Positions 45,156 through 58,309 of a stretch of DNA of 64,000 bases are shown here, in pieces; the stretch's first letter is position 1; every line of letters starts with the position of its first letter. The notes below the pieces were generated by a model. The model saw only the letters and a list, made by a program, of their open reading frames with translations. It was not told where the DNA came from and made no database searches. The stretch lies in assembly GCF_009914755.1 (NCBI RefSeq), contig NC_060930.1; one strand, given 5' to 3'. The DNA comes from the human T2T-CHM13v2.0 reference genome, Homo sapiens. The position numbers and the translations under genes were made by a program.

Positions 45156-46847
45156 TGTAGGTTGGCTAGTGACCATGTTTTTGACCACTAAATATAACAC
45201 CGTAGGAAAGGAAGCAAGTGGAAAAGGGACAGCCCATACTTACAGAAGCCCAGGTTAAAGCCCTCTGCTAGGATGCATTAAAGAATCTCATCTTAGATAG
45301 GCTCCTCAGCCTTGAATATTTAATGCAATCCAAGTTTTCTCTGCCATTCCATAAACTCAGCACTGTTGCTTCTAGAGCCATTGAGAAGCTGCTAAGAATC
45401 TCAATAAACACCATGAATGACTTTAAATTACTCTCCTTTCAGCTTTGTCCAGATTCAGAAATTACAAAGCAATAATGTGCTTCCCGATTTATCTACTGAA
45501 GTGATATGAGTTGCGCCTGTTATAGTGGGAAAGCTTCCTTGGACATCTATATTTTCCCATATCACCAAGAGGGAGTGAAATCAAGACACCTGGTCATCTA
45601 AAATGTGACCTAACATACTCTTTTACAGATACATGCATTTTTATATAAATGGATTTTTAGAATAGTACTGTGTATTCCCTGATGTGAAGATAAGTTCATG
45701 AGTAAGCCTGTGGTTTCCATCTCTCTCCTTGCTCTTGTCAGAGCCGTAGGTGCAACTATGGTTTGTGAATTAGGAAGGCAGTTGGCCCCTCACACCTATA
45801 TGGTAAAGTGTGAATGAGGAGTCATGTGTACACAGAGCTCTGTAACTCTCCAGGTGCACAGAAGCACCTGCCACATCCCCAGGTGCAAGTGGGTATAAAG
45901 GCAAGTGTGTTGTGGAGTCACAGGGGGCTTTTGGGCATTGGTGCTTTGCTCCACTCCCATCTCCCTGCCGCCAAATCATCAGAGGCTTCCTCTGGCCTGA
46001 TACAGCTGGGCTCTGGGAAGGTAAGTGAGCTTATCCAGGATGGGAGCAGAGAAGGTGAGTGAAGCTGGACAGAAACAGAGGAATGGAGATTGGGGCACAC
46101 ATGCTTTCTCTGGCTCTCTGAATGAACACATTCATTCATTGTCCCAGTCTTCTATCTCAAATTCCTCTGCTTTACTTCTCTGTGGGATAACTTCCTCCAC
46201 CTCTGTAGGAGATGCAAAAACAAGGGTGGGTCTCAAATAGTTGAAATTCTTTTCTATGTTGCCACTGCTTTTGCTCTCCTTCATTTGAACAAAAGGGTGT
46301 AGAGTTTGGATGAAAACCAACAGGGTTATAAAGAATTTTATCTTTGGATAAGGCTTTCAAGGGCTGCTTTCTATGTCCTGTGAGCCTAGAGTTGCCTCGT
46401 GGGTAAGTAGAAAGCACTTATCAACCCAAACAAATATTTTCCCAGGTTCCCTTCCCCATAGAGCCATAGTGGATACTAAAATGAAAACAGTCAGCATTAA
46501 TTCTTGCTTACCCTGCGCACTTTTTCTTCTGTAAAGCAGGAGGAATTCTGAAAGTAGGGGAGGAAAGAGATAAGTTTGAATGACAAAGACTGAAGCCTAA
46601 TGGAGGGAAAGGCTTTCTCTCTCCACCTCTAGGGAACATTTCCTTGCCTTTGGCATCTGCTGCCCACCTCCTGACCCCCACAGCCCCCACTGCCCTGCAT
46701 CTGATTATGCTAGCCAGCTAGGCCTTTCCTGAGCTTGCTCTGGTTCCGGAACTGGGAGTATAAATCTGTACTCAGTGGGCCCAGGGTCTCCTGGCCAGCC
46801 CTTCAACTGATTAAGCCTTGAGTCACCCGCACTCTGGTATGTTTCGC

Positions 46848-47095
46848 CTTAGTGGGTAACACTATAGACTCTGGAGCTATATCATCCAGGGTCGAATTCC
46901 TACCTCTGCCACTTGCTAATTGTGGAAGCCTGAGCAAGTCACATAACCTCTCTGTTCCACAGTGTTGTCATCTATGAAATAAAGAGTATAGTAACAGCTA
47001 CCTCACAGCCTTGCTGAAGGGATTCAATGAGGTGCTACTTGAAAGAGATTTAGAAGGGTTTCTGACAAAAAATTCAATAAATGCTAATTATGTTT
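46848..47095 (+). mobile_element. MIR
   Basis: agactctggagc...tctgccacttgctaattgtg...agcaagtcacataacctctctg. Confidence 0.8.
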
Positions 47096-47945
47096 ATTTA
47101 CGCCTAACATGGCATAGAGAGGAAGGGGGCTCACCTTGTCCCTTGGCACTGCAAAAGCAGAGTTTGGCAGACCTTTCACAGACCCTGAGCTGGGCCTCCC
47201 CTCAACTTTTTGCCTTATGAGGAATGGACTGATGAAAAATGACCCTAATCCAAGGTACTTGTCTCAGTAGCAACCTTTTAAAGATTAATAATGTTTTAAG
47301 AATCTCTAACTTCTAAGAGATCTCTTTTTTAAGTAATAAAAGAAAACATGTTTGTGGTAAAAATCCATATATTTTGTCCATAAAGTATAGAAAATGAAAA
47401 CCAAAAGCATTTCTCAAAATTCCATTTTCCAAAGGCTGTTAACAATCATTGGCTTTGTATAAAGCAAAATAAAGGAATAATAGTTTTGTTTGGTTGTTCT
47501 ACTTCCAGGATCCACATTCTTTTAGTTCTGCTGTCTATTCAAACAAAATGAATTATTCAGTAGTTTGTGTGACTGAATGTGAATGAAATTAATTTAGTGC
47601 AGATTTCTTTTTTAGTTTCTAGGTGACTCAGCTTGCCTTGTAACTATTGCCCTAGTAAGATTCATTCTCTGCTGATGTTTCATTTTGCTAATTACATATT
47701 TCTGAGGACAAGTGAGCTTATCACTTATTCAGGCACCAAATATTTATTAAGCCAAGAACATTTTTTTCCTTATATTTGAGCCCAATGACTTGCTTACTTT
47801 GTGGCTTCCTAAGAATCAAATAAAAGTAGTTGGCTTATGTGCCTATGCTTCTCTACATATAAAATGGGTACAATATATTCGTTTGTCAGATAGTCATAAT
47901 AAGGTCCTAATAAATGTGAAATACCTCCACTAAAAACGATCTAAT

Positions 47946-48389
47946 ATTAAGAAAAGAAAAATAGCTCAGAGCAGGCTGCATTATGTAAGGTATGCAAAAT
48001 TTACCTGGCCCAGAGAGACAGGAGTATGGGATTTCAGTTACACTGGGAACCCCTTTCTTTGCCTGGGGAGCACTTGTTTAAAGACATGTTGTTATTTCTT
48101 TTCTTCCCTGCCTCACTCATTGTCTTCATGTTTCTGGAATTTGTGATACTAAGACCAATGTACAGCCAATCAGTAGCTTAGGTTATTTTAATGTGAATTC
48201 TTGGTAAACAATTTAGGAACTACCTCTTCTTTTTTCCTTTAAAAACCTGCTTGTAACTGCTGCTAATTGGAGGATCTACTCAGGGGACTAGAATCTATGC
48301 TCCTGGGTTGTTGCAGTCCGCAAACTTGGCCCAAATAAACTCTCTACTTATGTTAATTTTGCCTCAGGTTTTTTCCTTTAGGTTGAACA
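47946..48389 (+). mobile_element. Solo LTR (LTR47-like)
   Basis: aagaaaagaaaaatagctcagagcag...ggcccagagagacaggagtatggg...cagccaatcag...ttggcccaaataaactctctac...ttaggttgaaca. Confidence 0.65.
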
Positions 48390-48425
<36 letters not shown>

Positions 48426-48487
48426 TATATACACACACACACAGGCACACACATATATATACACATATACATATATATGTATATATG
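48390..48487. repeat. (CA)n/(TA)n compound microsatellite
   Basis: Direct reading. Confidence 0.9.
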
Positions 48488-48677
48488 GCCTCACTACTGA
48501 GGCTGTATTTCCAGAACTTCATCTTTTTAAACAAAATGACTAATTGTAATATATGTGTATACACAAGGCAAGTATCATACAAGCTTTGGAATCTGATCTG
48601 GGTTCTAATTATGGCAAAGACAGCTAGTTGTCCCCCAGTACCCATTCTCCACTTATCCCTTAATATTAAAGCCCTGA

Positions 48678-49081
<404 letters not shown>

Positions 49082-49379
49082 CTATCCAATGGTATAGAAA
49101 GAGAAATATTACGTGGGACTTCAGAGAAGCATCCCTAAAAGGTGGAGCACCCCATTTTTTGGTTTCTTTTCTGCTGCTAGAATAAGGACATGCTAGCTCC
49201 AAACTGAGTGGTCCTCATGGACCATAAGGAAGAAGCTACATGTGGACAATAGTGGGTGACAACATGGAAGGAGCTATAGAACTTGACACCTCGGAGCACC
49301 AGGTCAGCCCTGCACTATTTACTTCTAGTCTTTTTATACATGAGAGAGAAAAAGAAATAAACTTCTACATTTTGTTTGT

Positions 49380-49612
49380 TGTCTCACGCGTCCGTGTGAA
49401 GAGACCACCAAACAGGCTTTGTGTGAGCAACAAGGCTGTTTATTTCACCTGGGTGCAGGCGGGCTGAGTCCGAAAAGAGAGTCAGCAAAGGGTGGTGGAT
49501 TATCATTAGTTCTTACAGGTTTTGGGATAGGGGGTGAAGAGCCATGTTTTGCGGGCAGGGGTGGATCTCACAAAGTACATTCTCCAGGGTGGGGAGAATT
49601 ACAAAGAACCTT
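49380..49612 (-). mobile_element. LTR7 (HERV-H) 3' half only
   Basis: gcgtccgtgtgaagagaccaccaaacaggctttgtgtgagcaac...cacctgggtgcaggcgggctgagtccgaaaagagagtcagc is the reverse complement of the LTR7 R/U5 end. Confidence 0.9.
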
Positions 49613-49649
49613 CTAACACACATATCTAGGGCTAATCCTACCGGATACA

Positions 49650-49955
49650 TTAGACAAATTACTCACAATTTTCTAATCTGTAAAACTGGAATAATAATTA
49701 CTGTCTTAAAGAGCTGTGAGGACTAAATGAGATAATGCATTTAAAGCACTTGGAGCTGGGCCCGGTGGTGCACGCCAGTAGTCCTAGCTACTTGGAAGGT
49801 TTGAGCCCGGGAGTTGGAGACCAGCCTGGACAACATAGTGAGACCCCCGTCTCTCAAAAAAAAAAAAACCTAAAAAATAAATAAAGCACTTGGCATTGTA
49901 TCTGGCCCCACAATAAGTGCTCAATAAAATGTAAGCTTCAATTATCATTATTATT
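49650..49955 (+). mobile_element. MIR with an inserted FLAM (49755-49880)
   Basis: TSD taaagcacttgg around the monomer. Confidence 0.8.
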
Positions 49956-51319
49956 TACATGAATTCACCCATGATTTAGGAAATATCATCAGCCCAAGAA
50001 CTGACAGGACATGTTGTAGTGATAGAGGAAAAGAGGGCCTTATGGTCCTCCCCTTTTCCCTGGTACCCTGGTACCCTGGAACCCAACAAGGCAGCCTGGT
50101 TGAGGTTCCTCTTGGTGTTCTGTGTATCCCATCATTGCTGCTGAGGCTGGCACTGGGGCCCTGAGAAGCCCTGCGAGCCCCTCTGCCACCTGCCAAATCA
50201 ACTTAATGGATGCAACTCCAAATGCAATAAAAGAGCACTGGACTTGGGTCCCCTCCTCAGGAAATGTGCCCTATGCGCAACTTTTGTGACTGGCAATTGA
50301 CTTTTTTACCGTAAACAATTCCAAACTGGAGAGATCTTAATTTTTTCCAGTTGGTAACAAAGAACTGATCAACAACCATGAGGAAACAGCACTACTTAAA
50401 CCATTATCAACTAGGATAGAAAGGCAATTTTGGTGGGAGAAAAGGGGCCAGTTACTGCTTGGAGTTCAAAAGCTTATTCTCTTCTAACACTGCCAGAAAA
50501 TAACCAGGGACAACAGTTGAGGTAAACTGGATTCTGAAAGGCAAGAGGTGGGACCAGGGGCTCCATAGACCAAGTGATTTTTTTTTTTAACCAGTAAAAT
50601 AAAAGAGAAGGCTGCAAGTGATCAAAATCTCTTGACAACAACAAGTTGCTGACTGGCCCTGAATGTCTCAGCAGGAGCACATTGTTTCTGGAAACCCTAA
50701 CCCAAGTGGATTATAAACCTGAGAATGGAAGGCAGTCAGTTACCCAGGACATCCAAGCTGGCTTGCCCTGACATGTTCTTCATGAGGTGATGACAGGGAC
50801 ATTGACAGGATGAATTTCTATCCCCCGCTCCCTTCACACTTCCCATTACGGCAACTTGAGAATGAGCAGTAGGGAATTCTGGGACCCCCCTAGACCCCTG
50901 GTTGATGTAAATCCTATAACTATCCATGGGTCCTAGGTGAAGAAACACTTGGGCTGATGTACAGGGTACTTGCATGTAGCCAACTGCAAACTAGATTTAC
51001 TGATAGCAGTTAAGTCACTCAGGGAAATTTACAGTTTATTTTATATGATTTGGAGTGGTAGTTAATAGAATGAATGACAGAATCAGCATTCCAGGGGTAT
51101 AGAAAGACTGGAATAAGGTACTGAAAACAGGGTGAAATATAATAGTACAAGTGACAACATCCTGCATTTGGGTTCCAGGTATCAGCTGCATGAACAGAGA
51201 ATGGGAAAAGTCTTGATAATGGTTCAGTGTGATAAGGACCTAGGGAAGCACTGTTCAAACTTCTTCCACAGAATTCTCTTTCAGAAGATTAATACTGTGT
51301 GTTGTGTGATATTAGTTGA

Positions 51320-51545
51320 TATTTTCCTGAGTGTTTACTACATACTGGGCCCTGTTTTAAGGCTTTCATGTATGTGCACTCATTTAATCTTTATAACAAC
51401 CCTCTGTGATAGGTATTATTATTATAATTCCAGTCTACCTACAGGGAAGTAGAAGCACAGAGTGGCTAAGTAACTTGCCCAAGGTCACACAGTTGGCAGA
51501 ACTGGGATTTAAATCACTGTCCATGCTCTTAACCACTGTGTCTTG
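51320..51545 (-). mobile_element. MIR
   Basis: catttaatctttataacaaccct...aagtaacttgcccaaggtcacacag. Confidence 0.85.
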
Positions 51546-52023
51546 ATACTTTTTGGAGGACTCATAAGTAAAGAAACTTGTTGAACTTTGAATTAGGATT
51601 AGACATTGTTGTTTTAGCACTGAAAACTTTTTAAAAAGGCAATTACATCTGGTAGACCAGTGTTTCTTGAAACAATAATTTAGGAACTAGTGCAAAACAG
51701 GTTATTTGATGCTAATAAAGACCAACCAAATAATGTAGTTGCCAGAAAAAAAAAAGAAACTGAAATATTGCTGTTTCACAACAGGAGAAGCATTCTGTTC
51801 AGGAAATGTAGTTGTCCTGCTGTGTGCTCTATCCTTTCCTGACCTCACCTGAAACGCTCTGCTTGGCGCTGGAGATCATGTCACAAACCAAAGACAATGA
51901 AAAATCTAAACACAACTACCATGTGAAGAATAGCTGATGTTGCTGGAGATATGTAGTCTGGAGAGGAGTTGAGAAGATTAAATTGTTCAAATATTTGAAG
52001 GACTTCTTTGTGTTCCTTTAGAG

Positions 52024-52249
52024 CAGGGGTGTCCAATCTTTTGGCTTCCCTGGGCCACACTGGAAGAAGAAGAATTGTCTTGGGCCACACATAAAATACA
52101 CGAACACTAATGGTAGCTGATGAGCTAAAAAAAAAAAAAATTGCAAAAAATCTCATAATGTTTTTAAAAAGTTTACAAATTTGTGTTGTGCCGCCTTCAA
52201 AACCATCCTGGGCCGTATTGGCCTGAAGGCTATGGGCTGGGCAGGCTTG
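52024..52249. mobile_element. MER30 hAT element, within an L3/CR1 remnant
   Basis: caggggtgtccaatcttttggcttccctgggccacac...caggcttg; 8-bp TSD ctttagag (52016-52023, 52250-52257). Confidence 0.92.
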
Positions 52250-53393
52250 CTTTAGAGGATAGAAGTAGAATCAACAGGTCAAAGTTACAAATAAGCAAAT
52301 TTCAGCTCAGGATAAAGGAGAATTTTCTAGAATATAACTGGCTGATAGTGAAGTCTTGAATGCCCAACTCTCAACTGACTGAGCAAGAATCATGGCTGGC
52401 TGGCACAGCCAGGCGGACAAGTGTGGCTTGGTGGAAAGAGTATGGTCCAAAGACCACAGTCAAGTCCTGGCCCTGCCCCTTACCAGCTATGTGACTTACA
52501 TGCCAGCAAGTCTCAGTTTCCTCAGCAGTCAGATAGAGGTGATGATACACATTGCATGGGGTTCTATAAATCAAGTCTAGAGTAGAAAGAGGTTTAATGA
52601 CATATGACTGACGGGTGGTGCCATGTGGAAAATTACCTTGATGCAACAGAAGCCTCCAAGTATATGCTGCAAGACAAGCTATCCCAGAGGTCATGGAACA
52701 GAGAGGCTCACAGGCCAAATTAAAAGGCTCAAATCACATATTTGATTAAATTATTTTGAAACACATAAGGAGATGAAAGAGAATAAGATGGAGTCCATTA
52801 AGATGCTTACAACAGGGTTACAAGTGAGGTGGAAGGTCCACACTACGTAAAACCGGGGCTGTGCAATGTTCACAAAACAAAGACTGACACTAAACTGCTA
52901 AAAACCTGATTGTGTCCCTATGTATAAATGTCCTTGCCGTTTAGTCATTTACATATGGCATATACCACATGGGATAAATCAGAAGACCTCAGAGATTTGT
53001 CAATGTATTCAGTGTTCATAATATTATCTCTAAATAGAAGATTCTAAACTCCAAACTGATAATGCCGATAATAAAAAATAAACCAGGCCTATACTGTCTT
53101 GTCATCAACAGATGGTTCCTGTTTTTCCCTCATACTTATCTAAGGGGCCTTGCTACAAACTGCAGCTCTAAAATTGTTTTAGAAGAAGCATCAAAGAATC
53201 TCAGTAACAGATGATACCTAACTCCTGTCAGACTCTACTCAAAGACTGAATTGGGATTTTCAAGACTCTTTCAGTTCAGAAGTAGACTTCATGAAGGTAG
53301 AGCTTAACCCAAGATCAATAAAATAAGAACTAATTAACCCAGGACTAAAATAACTGACCACACTATGGTTAATGTTCTATTGTGAATAGCTTC

Positions 53394-53680
53394 TTTTTTT
53401 TTATTTTATTTTTTGAGACAGAGTCTCTCTCTGTCACCCAGGCTGGAGTGCAGTGGCACAATCTCGACTGCAACCTCCGCCTCCCAGATTCAAGTGATCC
53501 TCTTGCCTCAGCCTCCCAAGTAGCTGGGATTACAGGTGCCCAGCTAATTTTTGTATTTTTAGTACAGACAGGATTTTGCCATGTTGGCCAGGCTGGTCTC
53601 AAACTGCTGACCCCAGGTAATCTGCCCTCCTTGGCCTCCCAAAGTGCTGGGATTACAGGCATGAGCCACCACGCCCAGCT
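53394..53680 (-). mobile_element. AluS
   Basis: TSD attgtgaatagcttctt. Confidence 0.95.
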
Positions 53681-53974
53681 ATTGTGAATAGCTTCTTAAT
53701 CTATCTTTATCTTTCAGTTGAGCACACTTCCAATTGGTATCTTGTTTCAACTGACCCACTGGATTTCAAATAAATATCTTATAAAAGATCTGATAAACTG
53801 TCAAGAAAACTCAAAGAATAATGATTGTGTAGAAAAGACATCATATATTGGCTTGACTTTTTTCCCAACATCTGGTTGTGTGTGTGTGTGTGTGTGTGTT
53901 TATCATGCTTTTAGAACTTCCCTCCTATCTCTCCATCATGCCTTGTCCTTGCCATGTTTATGTTACAATCATCC

Positions 53975-54162
53975 AGAACAGGGGTTGGTTAGCCTGCTTC
54001 TTCCTTTAGTAAATAAAGTTTTATTGCCCATTCATTTACATATTATCTATGGCTGCTTTCACACTACAGCAGCAGAATTGAGTGGTTGGAACAGAGACTA
54101 TATGGATCAAACACTGAAAATATTTACTATCTGCCCTTTTACAGAAAACATTTGCCAATATC
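53975..54162. mobile_element. MER58A
   Basis: gtaaataaagttttattg...tatggctgctttcacactacagcagcagaattgagtggttggaacagagac. Confidence 0.8.
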
Positions 54163-54504
54163 TAATCCAGATTTTAATTTGTGTTATTAATTTTAAATAT
54201 ATACCATATTTAGACAAGTCAACTAGTTTCTTTCCTCTACACTGATTCTTGAACCCTACATCTTCATCTTTCTTGGATTCATTATTTATTTTGTTGAAGT
54301 TTATGCTATTGTCATTCTTTCAAAAAGATTCTATTGGTGATATATATCTGCTGAGTTTTTAATATCAAAAATCATGTTATTTAATTTCTAGGATCATTGT
54401 TTGCTTCATTTTCATGGATATAATATCTTAAACAAATTTGAGGAAAATTATTATATTTGTAATACTTATAAGTATATATTTTACTTATACTAATTGTACT
54501 TGTC

Positions 54505-54804
54505 TTTTTCTTTTTTTTTTTTCGAGACAGAATCTTGCTCTGTCTCCCTGGCTGGAGTGCAATGGCATGATCTCAGCTCACTGCAACCTCCGCCTCCTGG
54601 GTTTGAGTGATTTTCCTGCCTCAGCCTCCTGAGTAGCTGGGATTACAGGCAAGCACCACCATGCCTGGCTATTTTTTTGTATTTTTAGTAGAGATAGGGT
54701 TTCACCATGTTGTCCAGGGTGGTCTTGAACTCCTGACCTGGTGATCCGCCCACCTCGGCCTCCCAAAGTGCTGGGATTATAGGTGTGAGCCACCATACCC
54801 AGCC
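54505..54804 (-). mobile_element. AluS (Sg-like)
   Basis: Dimer; TSD ttgtactt. Confidence 0.93.
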
Positions 54805-54972
54805 TTGTACTTTTCTTAAAATTATAAGATTTATAAAATGAAAAAGATATCACATATTGATTGATTTTACTCCTTAGAATAGCAGTTAAACACTATGCAA
54901 AGTGCATTTACTAAGTTTCTTTACTTTTTGTGTGGGTGTAGTTATTTGCATAGGTTTAATATTTAATACCCT

Positions 54973-55262
<290 letters not shown>

Positions 55263-57240
55263 AATACCTTTTGTTGTGTCAATATAAATAAAATAGGCCA
55301 AATGCAACAAAACATACTATATCAAAAATAAAATCCTCACTTTCAGTTCCTGGACATTTTCTCAAATGAAAGAGTTGGCTTATCCAAAATGATGTTTGTA
55401 GTCATATTGTAACATGTGCTTTTAGGCAATAACGTCTCAGTGTGCTGAAAAGATAAAGGTCTTAGTTTCTGGACGTGTCAAAGGACAAGACCAAATCAAC
55501 TTTAATAGGTGGATATTTGCAAAAACATCATTGATAGTGCTTCTAATGATGTAGAAAAGATAAATCAGCAAATAAGAAGTCAATACCAAAAGAGGAACTC
55601 CAACATTGCAGACAATTAGAGCTGATGACAAAGATGTGATACCTGGATGCTCAGAGCTTCATATGGCCTCATGGTCTCAAGAAGCCACAATCGTGAGTCG
55701 TACCCTGGGGCTTCTGAAAAAAGTGGACTGATTGGACTTATGTTGATACGAGTGAATAGTTTAAAAGCCGCTGTTTCAATATTGTCTACTATGACCATGA
55801 TGGTTTATAGTTTAAACTTATCTGTATAATGTATTAGAATGAGAGGACTGAATACTCAAAGGGTGACTCATAGCGTGCATTTGTTGCATTGTTTGAGAAC
55901 ATTCAGCTATGCTGTAGAAGGAAAAAAAGAAATGGGATATGTCATAAGCTCATAAGAGGTGTTAAGTAAAGTACTTAGTAGAGCACGTGTATGTTAAATA
56001 TAGATAGAAAAGAATGGATGGGCCAGGAGAATCCTAGTATTTTATGAGATCATAAATATACACGAGGCACTTGGGCACTAAATGTACATCAGACATATGA
56101 AGCTCTAAATACACAATAAAATCAAAATGCTCAGGATACGTAAAATATGCATGCGCACTCAATGTTCATAACACTTTAATTTGGCCAGCCATTGGTGGTA
56201 CCTATCATGACCCACATGTTCTCTGTCCAAGGCACAAATAAAACCCATGGCTGTTCAATAGTCTAATCAATGAGCTACAATTGCAGCCAGGCATACATGG
56301 CCCTGTTCCTGTGTCTTTCTAACAAGCATGCGTCATTAGCCCTGGGAACCTTCTGCTTGTAGAGCTCTTGCTCAAACCTCAGGTAGGTCTGGTCTTTATA
56401 ATCACAGCTTCAGTGTTGAAGGCTGATGCAGCTGAGAGAGAGGACGTAAAAACTTTGTACACTGTAGGATTCAGATAATATTATTCTTTCACCCTACTTG
56501 CTTTCTATCTTACATTACCTTACCAGATCTCTTCTTGCTATGTATTTTAAATTGTTTTAATAACCTATATAATTTGACAATTTTAATTTAGTCTGTGAGC
56601 CATTCTGTTGTGCGACTTCTTGGGTAGCTTGTCTGGTGGTATACTAGGAGGTACATTGCAACAAGGTAATTTCCCACAAGACAGATAGGATTCAGAATTC
56701 TGGAAACCTCAACCAGCTAACTGCTATGATTATGTCCCCCTGCTAGGTAACCAAGGGACATCTATGCACAGTGGCTGAACGCCATCCATGAAATCCCACC
56801 TATGGGTTTAGGTTTATGGAATTCACAACCAAACCTCACTGTGGGCCCCCAGTGTGCTGGGCCTCTTGGAGCCCTGAGAAGTCCTCTGCTTAGATTAGGT
56901 GGCTACCAAAACTGGCTAAGTGGCCTCTGTATCTCCCAGACCCATATCCAAACCTCAGCTTAAAGGGTTTTAATGAAACCCTCAAAGGAAAAAAAAGAAT
57001 AGCCTCCTAGAGACAGCTGGTCAAGGGAAGAGTTAGGTGAGTTGGTCTAACCTGCTTACTCCAGACCTTCCGAGGGAAGCTAACCCCATCCAGGCAGGAA
57101 GCAGCCCCACATCCCTCTTCTTGTACCTGATTTCTGAGATAAGAGAGCTCCACAGAGAGAGTTCACCACGTGGACTCAGAGTTTCAATTCATTTTGCATC
57201 CACTGTGATATTTTAAAAGCTTTGACTCTTGACACCAAAG

Positions 57241-57286
57241 CCCTAGGGGGCAAGACAGGGAGCCTGACACTCCACCTGGTGGTCAG
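57241..57286. promoter_or_regulatory. Candidate CTCF sites (two motifs, opposite orientation)
   Basis: ccctagggggca (+) and tgaccaccaggtggagtg (-). Confidence 0.5.
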
Positions 57287-57551
57287 AGTGTTGTATTAAC
57301 AGGTCTTTGCTAAGAATCTGTGCACTGAGTTAGGAAAGCATTTGATAATGGTTTTTTCTCAAGAGCTCTGCAAATGGTCACAAAACAAGGTACTATAGGA
57401 GGAGATCCTTCCTTTGGAGTCCACTTGGCTTGAGTGACCTTTATAGTCCATTCTCAATCTTAGCTGTCATGAAATTTTCATAATTTGTCTTATCACGCAG
57501 AAGACATTACAGGTACTCCTCACTTTGCATGGTTCCAATATGCACGAATTT

Positions 57552-58071
57552 GCTCCTCCACCTGATAAACAACTTCAGCAAAGTTGCAGGATACAAAATC
57601 AATGCCCAAAAATCACTGGTATTCCTATACACTAGCAACAGCCAAACCAAGAACCAAATCGGAAAGGCAATCCAAGTCACAATTGCCACAAAAAGAATAA
57701 AATACCTAGGAAAACGGCTGACCAGGTAGGTGAAAGATCTCTACAATGAGAATTACAAAACACTAATCAAAGAAATCAGAGAAGACACAAATAGAAAAAA
57801 TCTCATGCTTATGAATAGGAAGAATCGATATCATTAAAATGGCCATACTGCCCAAAGCAATTTACATATTCAATGCTATTCCTATCAAACTGCCAATAAC
57901 ATTCTTCACAGAACTAGAAACAACTATTTTAAAATTTATACAGAACTAAAAAGAGCCCTAATAGCCAAGGCAATCCTAAGCAAAAAGAATAAAGCTGGAG
58001 GCATCACATTACTAGACTTCAAAATATACTACAAGGCTATAGTAACTAAAACAGCATGGTACTGGTACAAA
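57552..58071 (+). mobile_element. L1P ORF2 internal fragment (RT/C-terminal region)
   Basis: [21 protein letters not shown]...aaagctggaggcatcaca...acagcatggtactggtaca; no 3'UTR or tail. Confidence 0.88.
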
Positions 58072-58225
58072 TCTGGATTTACATGTAAAACCTCATGATT
58101 TTAAAACAACGACAGCAATTCAAACTTAAATATCCTATGAGCCAAGCAAACAAAGTGCCACCAGGGAATGGCCTTTATTGTAAAACATCTGCAATAAGGA
58201 TATCTTTGAATGGAAGACAAATTTG

Positions 58226-58305
58226 TTTGTTGTTTGTATTTCTGTCAGGTCAATAGTAATATTTTGTTGTTTGTATTTCTGTCAGGTCTATAGTAACATT
58301 TTGTT
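58226..58305. repeat. 37-bp tandem duplication
   Basis: tttgttgtttgtatttctgtcaggtc(a/t)atagtaa(t/c)at x2. Confidence 0.9.
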
Positions 58306-58309
58306 CAGC

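Noticed and set aside
53718-54245. 175-aa ORF
   Set aside because: Runs through (TG)n and MER58A; non-ATG start
56374-56957. Four aaacctca 8-mers as a CRISPR-like or periodic array
   Set aside because: Irregular spacing (330, 127, 119), too short, and the same 8-mer occurs elsewhere in the window
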